NCBI GenBank assembly: GCA_964016885.1
Contig: OZ024740.1
Coordinates: 433,504,001-433,568,000 of the forward strand
Reading direction: 5' to 3'
DNA length: 64,000 bases
Source of the DNA: Eledone cirrhosa
Lineage: Eukaryota
Part shown: positions 1 through 10,150 of the stretch, one piece after another
Layout of the letters: each line of letters begins with the position of its first letter
Numbering within the stretch: position 1 is the stretch's first letter
The notes under the pieces: generated by a model
Told to the model about the DNA's origin: nothing
The model's database searches: none
Seen by the model: the letters and a program-made list of their open reading frames with translations, nothing else
Made by a program: the position numbers and the translations under genes

Positions 1-3000
1 GTGAAAGACCTAGTTTCTCTCATCTGTTTGGTATGAGCATCCTAGTTTCTCTCATCTGTTTGGGATGAAAGACTTAGTTTCTCTCATTTGTTTGGGATGA
101 AAGAGCTAGTTTCTTTCATCTGGTTGGGGTTAAAGACCTAGTTTGTCTCATCTGTTTGGGGTGAAAGACCTAGTTTATCTCATCCGTTTGGGGTGAAAGA
201 CCTAGTTTCTCCTATCTGTTTGGGGTGAAAGACCTAGTTTCTCTCATCTGTTTGAGGTGAAAGACCTAGTTTCTTTCATCTGTTTGGGGTGAAAGACCTA
301 GTTTCGCTCATCTCTTTGGGGTGAAAGACCTAGTTTCTTTTATCTGTTTGGGCTTAAAGAGCTAGTTTGTCTCATCTGTTTGGGGTGAAAGACCTAGTTT
401 CTCTCCTCTGTTTGGGGTGAAAGACCTAGTTTCTCTCATCTGTTTGGGGTGAAAAACCTAGTTTCTCTCATCTGTTTGGGGTGAAAGACCTAGTTTCTCT
501 CATCTGTTGGGATGAAAGACCTAGTTTCTCTCATCTGTTGGGATGAAAGACCTAGTTTCTGTCATTCGTTTGCCGTGAAAAACCTAGTTTCTCTCATCTG
601 TTTGAGGTTAAAGACCTAGTTTTTCTCATCTCTTTGGGGTGAAAGACCTAGTTTCTCTCCTGTGTTTGGGGTGAAAGACCTAGTTTCTCTCATCTGTTTG
701 GGTTAAATGACCTAGTTTCTCTCATCTGTTTGGGGTGAAAGACCTAGTTTCTCTCATCTGTTTGAGGTGAAAGACATAGTTTCTCTCATCTGTTTGGGGT
801 GAAAGACCTAGTTTCTTTCATCTGTTTGGGGTCAAAGACCTAGTTTCTCTCATCTGTTTGGGGTGAAAGACCTAGTTTCTCTCATCTGTTTGGGATGAAA
901 GACCTAGTGTCTCTCATCTGTTTGGGGTAAAAGTCCTAGTTTCAATCATCTGTTTGGGATGAAAGACCTTGTTTCTCTCGTCGGTTTGGGGTGAAAGACC
1001 TAGTTTCTCTCATCTGTTTGGGGTGAAAGACCTAGTTTCTTTCATCTGTTTGGGATGAAAGACTTAGTTTCTCTCATCTGTTTGGGATGAAAGACCTAGT
1101 TTCTTTCATCTGTTTGAGGTGAAAGACCTAGTTTCTCTCATCTGTTTGGGGTGAAAGACCTACTTTCTCACATCTGTTCGGGGTGAAAGACCTAGTTTCT
1201 TTCATCTGTTTCAGGTGAAAGACCTAGTTTCTCTCATCTGTGTGGGGTGAAAGACCTAGTTTCTCTCATCTGTTTGGGGTGAAAGACCTAGTTTCTCTCA
1301 TCTGTTTGGGGTGAAAGACCTAGTTTCTTCCATCTGTTTGGGGTGAAAGACCTAGTTTCTCTCATCTGTTTGGGATGAGAGACCTAGTTTCTGTCATGTT
1401 TGGGGTGAAAGACCTAGTTTCTTTCCTCAGGTGAAAGACCTAGTTTCATCTGTTTGAGGTGAAAGACCTAGTTTCTCTCATCTGTTTGGGGTGAAAGACC
1501 TAGTTTGTCTCATCTGTTTGGGGTGAAACACCTAGTTTATCTCATCCGTTTGGGGTGAAAGACCTAGTTTCTCCTATCTGTTTGGGGTGAAAGACCTAGT
1601 TTCTCTCATCTGTTTGGGGTGAAAGACCTAGTTTCTCTCATCTGTTTGGGGTGAAAGACCTAGTTTCTCTCATCTGTTTGGGATGAAAGTCCTAGTTTCT
1701 TTCATCTGTTTGGGGTGAAAGACCTAGTTTCTTTCATCTGTTTGAGGTGAAAGACCTAGTTCCATCTGTTTGAAGTGAAAGACCTAGTTTCTCTCATCTG
1801 TTTGGAGTGAAAGACCTAGTTTCACTCATCTGTTTGAGGTGGAAGACTTAGTTTCTCTCATCTGTTTGGGGTGAAAGACGTAGTTTCTCTCATCTGTTTG
1901 GGGTGAAAGACCTAGTTTCTGTCATCTGTTTGAGGTGAAAGGCCTAGTTTCTTTCATCTGTTTGAGGTGAAAGACGTAGTTTCTCTCATCTGTTTGGAGT
2001 GAAAGACCTAGTTTCACTCATCTGTTTGGGATGAAAGACCTAGTTTCTCTCATCTGTTTGGGGTGAAAGACCTAGTTTCTTTCATCTGTTTGGGGTGAAA
2101 GATCTAGTTTCTTTCATCTGTTTGGGGTGAAAGACCTAGTTTCTTTAATCTGTTAGGGGTGAAAGACCTAGTTTCTTTCATCTGTTTGGGATGAAAGACC
2201 TAGTTTCTTTAATCTGTTAGGGGTGAAAGACCTAGTTTCTTTCATCTGTTTGGGATGAAAGACCTAGTTTCTTTCATCTGTTTGGGGTGAAAGACCTAGT
2301 TTCTTTAATCTGTTAGGGGTGAAAGACCTAGTTTCTTTCATCTGTTTGGGATGAAAGACCTAGTTTCTTTCATCTGTTTGGAGTGTAAGACCTAGTTTCA
2401 CTCATCTGTTTGAGGTGAAAGACTTAGTTTCTCTCATCTGTTTGGGGTGAAAGACGTAGTTTCTCTCATCTGTTTGGGGTGAAAGACCTAGATTCTGTCA
2501 TCTGTTTGAGGTGAAAGGCCTAGTTTCTTTCATGTGTTTGAGGTGAAAGGCCTAGTTTCTCTCATCTGTTTGGGGTGAAAGACTTAGTTTCTCTCATCTG
2601 TTTGAGGTGAAATACTTATTTTCTTTCATCTGTTTGGGGTGAAAGACCCAGTTTCTCTCATCTGTTTGGAGTGAAAGACCTAGTTCCTCTCATCTGTTTG
2701 GCGTGAAAAACCTAGTTTCTCTCATCTGTTTGGGGTGAAAGACCTAGTTTCTCTCATCTGTTTGGGATGAAAGACCTAGTTTCTTTCATCTGTTTGGGGT
2801 GAAAGACCTAGTTTCTTTCATCTGTTTGGGGTGAAAGACCTAGTTTCTTTCATCTGTTTGGGGTGAAAGACCTAGTTTCTTTCATCTGTTTGGGATGAAA
2901 GACCTAGTTTCTTTCATCTGGTTGGGATGAAAGACCTAGTTTCTCTCATCTGTTTGGGGTGAAAGACCTAGTTTCTTTCATCTATTTGGGGTGAAAGACC

Positions 3001-3616
3001 TAGTTTCTGTCATCTGTTTGGGGTGAAAGACCTAGTTTCTCTCATCTGTTTGGGGTGAAAGACCTAGTTTCTGTCATCTGTTTGGGGTGAAAGGCCTAGT
3101 TTCTTTCATCTGTTTAGGGTGAAAGAACTAGTTTCTCTCATCTGTTTGGGGTCAAAGTCCTAGTTTCTGTCATCTGTTTGACGTGAAAGACCTAGTTTCA
3201 CTCATCTGTTTGGGATGAAAGACCTAGTTTCTCTCATCTGTTTGACGTGAAAGACCTAGTTTCACTCATCTGTTTGGGATGAAAGACCTAGTTTCTTTAA
3301 TCTGTTTTGGGTGAAAGACCTAGTTTGTCTCATCTGTTTGGGGTGAAAGACCTAGTTTATCTCATCTGTTTGGGGTGAAAGACCTAGTTTGAGTCATCTG
3401 TTTGGGGTGAAAGACCTAGTTTCTGTCATCTGTTTGGGGTGAAAGACCAAGTTTCTCTCATCTGTTTGGGATGAAAGACGTAGTTTCTTTCATCTGTTTG
3501 GGATGAAAGACCTAGTTTCTGTCATTCGTTTGGCGTGAAATACCTAGTTTCTCTCATCTGTCTGAGGTGAAAGACCTAGTTTTTCTCATCTGTTTGGGGT
3601 GAAAGACCTAGTTTCT
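1..3616. repeat. Near-identical copy of block 39866-43481 (offset 39,865 bp)
   Basis: Markers at constant offset: GTATGAGCATCC 31/39896, CTCC-TGTGTTT 661/40526, GT-GGAAG 1841/41706, AGATCT 2100/41965, AAA-TACC 3541/43406. Confidence 0.92.
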
Positions 3617-6600
3617 CTCATCTGTTTGACGTGAAAGACCTAGTTTCACTCATCTGTTTGGGATGAAAGACCTAGTTTCTTTAATCTGTTTTGGGTGAAA
3701 GACCTAGTTTGTCTCATCTGTTTGGGGTGAAAGACCTAGTTTGAGTCATCTGTTTGGGGTGAAAGACCTAGTTTCTGTCATCTGTTTGGGGTGAAAGACC
3801 AAGTTTCTGTAATCTGTTTGGGCTGAAAGACCTAGTTTCTGTCATCTTTTTGGGATGAAAGACCTAGTTTCTCTCATCTGTTTGGTATGAACATCCTAGT
3901 TTCTCTCATCTGTTTGGGATGAAAGACTTAGTTTCTCTCATTTGTTTGGGATGAAAGACCTAGTTTCTTTCATCTGGTTGGGGTTAAAGACCTAGTTTCT
4001 CCTATCTGTTTGGGGTGAAAGACCTAGTTTCTCTCATCTGTTTGAGGTGAAAGACCTAGTTTCTTTCATCTGTTTGGGGTAAAAGACCTAGTTTCTCTCA
4101 TCTCTTTGGGGTGAAAGACCTAGTTTCTTTTATCTGTTTGGGGTTAAAGACCTAGTTTGTCTCATCTGTTTGGGGTGAAAGACCTAGTTTTTCTCATCTC
4201 TTTGGGGTGAAAGACCTAGTTTCTCTCCTCTGTTTGGGGTGAAAGACCTAGTTTCTCTCATCTGTTTGGGTTAAATGACCTAGTTTCTCTCATCTGTTTG
4301 GGGTGAAAGACTTAGTTTCTCTCATCTGTTTGAGGTGAAAGACATAGTTTCTCTCATCTGTTTGGGGTGAAAGACCTAGTTTCTCTCATCTGTTTGGGGT
4401 GAAAGACCTAGTTTCTCTCATCTCTTTGGGGTGAAAGACCTAGTTTCTCTCATCTGTTTGGGATGAAAGACCTAGTTTCTCTCATCTGTCTGGGGTAAAA
4501 GACCTAGTTTCTCTCATCTGTTTGGGGTAAAAGTCCTAGTTTCAATCATCTGTTTGGGATGAAAGACCTAGTTTCTTTCATCTGTTTGAGGTGAAAGACC
4601 TAGTTCCATCTGTTTGAAGTGAAAGACCTGGTTTCTCTCATCTGTTTGGAGTGAAAAACCTAGTTTCACTCATCTGATTGAGGTGAAAGACTTAGTTTCT
4701 CTCATCTGTTTGGGGTGAAAGACGTAGTTTCTCTCATCTGTTTGGGGTGAAAGACCTAGTTTCTGTCATCTGTTTGAGGTGAAAGACGTAGTTTCTCTCA
4801 TCTGTTTGGAGTGAAAGACCTAGTTTCAATTATCTGTTTGGAGTGTAAGACCTAGTTTCACTCATCTGTTTGGAGTATAAGACCTAGTTTCACTCATCTG
4901 TTTGAGGTGAAAGACTTAGTTTCTCTCATCTGTTTGGGGTGAAAGACGTAGTTTCTCTCATCTGTTTGGGGTGAAAGACCTAGATTCTGTCATCTGTTTG
5001 AGGTGAAAGGCCTAGTTTCTTTCATCTGTTTGGGGTGAAAGACCTAGTTTCTTTCATCTGTTTGGCGTGAAAGACCTAGTTTCTTTCATCTGTTTGGGGT
5101 GAAAGACCTAGTTTCTTTCATCTGTTTGGGGTGAAAGACCTAGTTTCTCTCATCTGTTAGGGGTGAAAGACCTAGTTTCTTTCATCTGTTTGGGATGAAA
5201 GACCTAGTTTCTTTCATCTGTTTGGGGTGAAAGACCTAGTTTCTTTCATCTGTTTGGGGTGAAAGACCTAGTTTCTTTCATCTGTTTGGGGTGAAAGACC
5301 TAGTTTCTTTCATCTGTTTGGGATGAAAGACCTAGTTTCTTTCATCTGGTTGGGATGAAAGACCTAGTTTCTCTCATCTGTTTGGGGTGAAAGACCTAGT
5401 TTGTCTCATCTGTTTGGGGTGAAAGACCTAGTTTCTTTCATCTGTTTGGGATGAAAGACCTAGTTTCTTTCATCTGTTTGGGATGAAAGAACTAGTTTCT
5501 TTCATCTGTTTGGGATGAAAGACCTAGTTTCTTTCATCTGTTTGGGGTGAAAGACCTATTTTCTCTCATCTGTTTGGGATGAAAGACCTAGTTTCTCTCA
5601 TCTGTTAGGGGTGAAAGACCTAGTTTCTTTCATCTGTTTGGGGTGAAAGACGTAGTTTCTCTCATCTGTTTGGGATGAGAGACCTAGTTTCTGTCATGTT
5701 TGAGGTGAAAGACCTAGTTTCATCTGTTTGAGGTGAAAGACCTAGTTTCTCTCATCTGTTTGGGGTGAAAGACCTAGTTTGTCTCATCTGTTTGGGGTGA
5801 AAGAACTAGTTTGTCTCATCTGTTTGGGGTGAAACACCTAGTTTATCTCATCCGTTTGGGGTGAAAGACCTAGTTTCTCCTATCTGTTTGGGGTGAAAGA
5901 CCTAGTTTCTCTCATCTGTTTGGGGTGAAAGACCTAGTTTCTCTCATCTGTTTGGGGTGAAAGACCTAGTTTCTTTCATCTGTTTGAGGTGAAAGACCTA
6001 GTTCCAACTGTTTGAAGTGAAAGACCTAGTTTCTCTCATCTGTTTGGAGTGAAAGACCTAGTTTCACTCATCTGTTTGAGGTGAAAGACATAGTTTCTCT
6101 CATCTGTTTGGAGTGAAAGACCTAGTTTATCTCATCTGTTTGGGGTGAAAGACCTAGTTTCTCTCATCTGTTTGACGTGAAAGACCTAGTTTCACTCATC
6201 TGTTTAGGATGAAAGACCTAGTTTCTTTAATCTGTTTTGGGTGAAAGACCTAGTTTGTCTCATCTGTTTGGGGTGAAAGACCTAGTTTGAGTCATCTGTT
6301 TGGGGTGAAAGACCTAGTTTCTGTCATCTGTTTGGGGTGAAAGACCAAGTTTCTGTAATCTGTTTGGGCTGAAAGACCTAGTTTCTGTCATCTTTTTGGG
6401 ATGAAAGACCTAGTTTCTCTCATCTGTTTGGTATGAACATCCTAGTTTCTCTCATCTGTTTGGGATGAAAGACTTAGTTTCTCTCATTTGTTTGGGATGA
6501 AAGACCTAGTTTCTTTCATCTGGTTGGGGTTAAAGACCTAGTTTCTCCTATCTGTTTGGGGTGAAAGACATAGTTTCTCTCATCTGTTTGAGGTGAAAGA

Positions 6601-7589
6601 CCTAGTTTCTTTCATCTGTTTGGGGTGAAAGACCTAGTTTCTCTCATCTCTTTGGGGTGAAAGACCTAGTTTCTTTTATCTGTTTGGGGTTAAAGACCTA
6701 GTTTGTCTCATCTGTTTGGGGTGAAAGACCTAGTTTTTCTCATCTCTTTGGGGTGAAAGACCTAGTTTCTCTCCTCTGTTTGGGGTGAAAGACCTAGTTT
6801 CTCTCATCTGTTTGGGTTAAATGACCTAGTTTCTCTCATCTGTTTGGGGTGAAAGACCTAGTTTCTCTCATCTGTTTGAGGTGAAAGACATAGTTTCTCT
6901 CATCTGTTTGGGGTGAAAGACCTAGTTTCTTTCATCTGTTTGGGGTGAAAGACCTAGTTTCTCTCATCTCTTTGGGGTGAAAGACCTAGTTTCTCTCATC
7001 TGTTTGGGATGAAAGACCTAGTTTCTCTCATCTGTCTGGGGTAAAAGACCTAGTTTCTCTCATCTGTTTGGGGTAAAAGTCCTAGTTTCAATCATCTGTT
7101 TGGGATGAAAGACCTAGTTTCTTTCATCTGTTTGAGGTGAAAGACCTAGTTCCATCTGTTTGAAGTGAAAGACCTGGTTTCTCTCATCTGTTTGGAGTGA
7201 AAAACCTAGTTTCACTCATCCGATTGAGGTGAAAGACTTAGTTTCTCTCATCTGTTTGGGGTGAAAGACGTAGTTTCTCTCATCTGTTTGGGGTGAAAGA
7301 CCTAGTTTCTCTCATCTGTTTGACGTGAAAGACCTAGTTTCACTCATCTGTTTGGGATGAAAGACCTAGTTTCTTTAATCTGTTTTGGGTGAAAGACCTA
7401 GTTTGTCTCATCTGTTTGGGGTGAAAGACCTAGTTTGAGTCATCTGTTTGGGGTGAAAGACCTAGTTTGTCTCATCTGTTTGGGGTGAAAGACCTAGTTT
7501 GAGTCATCTGTTTGGGGTGAAAGACCTAGTTTCTGTCATCTGTTTGGGGTGAAAGACCAAGTTTCTGTAATCTGTTTGGGCTGAAAGAC

Positions 7590-10150
7590 CTAGTTTCTGT
7601 CATCTTTTTGGGATGAAAGACCTAGTTTCTCTCATCTGTTTGGTATGAACATCCTAGTTTCTCTCATCTGTTTGGGATGAAAGACTTAGTTTCTCTCATT
7701 TGTTTGGGATGAAAGACCTAGTTTCTTTCATCTGGTTGGGGTTAAAGACCTAGTTTCTCCTATCTGTTTGGGGTGAAAGACCTAGTTTCTCTCATCTGTT
7801 TGAGGTGAAAGACCTAGTTTCTTTCATCTGTTTGGGGTAAAAGACCTAGTTTCTCTCATCTCTTTGGGGTGAAAGACCTAGTTTCTTTTATCTGTTTGGG
7901 GTTAAAGACCTAGTTTGTCTCATCTGTTTGGGGTGAAAGACCTAGTTTTTCTCATCTCTTTGGGGTGAAAGACCTAGTTTCTCTCCTCTGTTTGGGGTGA
8001 AAGACCTAGTTTCTCTCATCTGTTTGGGTTAAATGACCTAGTTTCTCTCATCTGTTTGGGGTGAAAGACTTAGTTTCTCTCATCTGTTTGAGGTGAAAGA
8101 CATAGTTTCTCTCATCTGTTTGGGGTGAAAGACCTAGTTTCTTTCATCTGTTTGGGGTGAAAGACCTAGTTTCTCTCATCTCTTTGGGGTGAAAGACCTA
8201 GTTTCTCTCATCTGTTTGGGATGAAAGACCTAGTTTCTCTCATCTGTCTGGGGTAAAAGACCTAGTTTCTCTCATCTGTTTGGGGTAAAAGTCCTAGTTT
8301 CAATCATCTGTTTGGGATGAAAGACCTAGTTTCTTTCATCTGTTTGAGGTGAAAGACCTAGTTCCATCTGTTTGAAGTGAAAGACCTGGTTTCTCTCATC
8401 TGTTTGGAGTGAAAAACCTAGTTTCACTCATCTGATTGAGGTGAAAGACTTAGTTTCTCTCATCTGTTTGGGGTGAAAGACGTAGTTTCTCTCATCTGTT
8501 TGGGGTGAAAGACCTAGTTTCTGTCATCTGTTTGAGGTGAAAGACGTAGTTTCTCTCATCTGTTTGGAGTGAAAGACCTAGTTTCAATTATCTGTTTGGA
8601 GTGTAAGACCTAGTTTCACTCATCTGTTTGGAGCATAAGACCTAGTTTCACTCATCTGTTTGAGGTGAAAGACTTAGTTTCTCTCATCTGTTTGGGGTGA
8701 AAGACGTAGTTTCTCTCATCTGTTTGGGGTGAAAGACCTAGATTCTGTCATCTGTTTGAGGTGAAAGGCCTAGTTTCTTTCATCTGTTTGGGGTGAAAGA
8801 CCTAGTTTCTTTCATCTGTTTGGCGTGAAAGACCTAGTTTCTTTCATCTGTTTGGGGTGAAAGACCTAGTTTCTGTCATCTTTTTGGGATGAAAGACCTA
8901 GTTTCTCTCATCTGTTTGGTATGCACATCCTAGTTTCTCTCATCTGTTTGGGATGAAAGACTTAGTTTCTCTCATTTGTTTGGGATGAAAGACCTAGTTT
9001 CTTTCATCTGGTTGGGGTTAAAGACCTAGTTTCTCCTATCTGTTTGGGGTGAAAGACCTAGTTTCTCTCATCTGTTTGAGGTGAAAGACCTAGTTTCTTT
9101 CATCTGTTTGGGGTAAAAGACCTAGTTTCTCTCATCTCTTTGGGGTGAAAGACCTAGTTTCTTTTATCTGTTTGGGGTTAAAGACCTAGTTTGTCTCATC
9201 TGTTTGGGGTGAAAGACCTAGTTTTTCTCATCTCTTTGGGGTGAAAGACCTAGTTTCTCTCCTCTGTTTGGGGTGAAAGACCTAGTTTCTCTCATCTGTT
9301 TGGGTTAAATGACCTAGTTTCTCTCATCTGTTTGGGGTGAAAGACTTAGTTTCTCTCATCTGTTTGAGGTGAAAGACATAGTTTCTCTCATCTGTTTGGG
9401 GTGAAAGACCTAGTTTCTTTCATCTGTTTGGGGTGAAAGACCTAGTTTCTCTCATCTCTTTGGGGTGAAAGACCTAGTTTCTCTCATCTGTTTGGGATGA
9501 AAGACCTAGTTTCTCTCATCTGTCTGGGGTAAAAGACCTAGTTTCTCTCATCTGTTTGGGGTAAAAGTCCTAGTTTCAATCATCTGTTTGGGATGAAAGA
9601 CCTAGTTTCTTTCATCTGTTTGAGGTGAAAGACCTAGTTCCATCTGTTTGAAGTGAAAGACCTGGTTTCTCTCATCTGTTTGGAGTGAAAAACCTAGTTT
9701 CACTCATCTGATTGAGGTGAAAGACTTAGTTTCTCTCATCTGTTTGGGGTGAAAGACGTAGTTTCTCTCATCTGTTTGGGGTGAAAGACCTAGTTTCTGT
9801 CATCTGTTTGAGGTGAAAGACGTAGTTTCTCTCATCTGTTTGGAGTGAAAGACCTAGTTTCAATTATCTGTTTGGAGTGTAAGACCTAGTTTCACTCATC
9901 TGTTTGGAGTATAAGACCTAGTTTCACTCATCTGTTTGAGGTGAAAGACTTAGTTTCTCTCATCTGTTTGGGGTGAAAGACGTAGTTTCTCTCATCTGTT
10001 TGGGGTGAAAGACCTAGATTCTGTCATCTGTTTGAGGTGAAAGGCCTAGTTTCTTTCATCTGTTTGGGGTGAAAGACCTAGTTTCTTTCATCTGTTTGGC
10101 GTGAAAGACCTAGTTTCTTTCATCTGTTTGGGGTGAAAGACCTAGTTTCT
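7590..10150. repeat. Tandem duplication within the satellite, period 1,276 bp (40 monomers)
   Basis: GTATG(A/C)ACATCC at 7643/8919 and GTTTCAATTATC at 8581/9857. 40x32 minus one 4-bp deletion = 1276. Confidence 0.88.

Noticed and set aside
21-26. Transcription-factor motifs in the monomer (E-box CATCTG; IRF/PRDM1-like AAGTGAAAG in the GAAGTG variant)
   Set aside because: Short motifs are expected by chance, the host is unknown, and there is no binding evidence.
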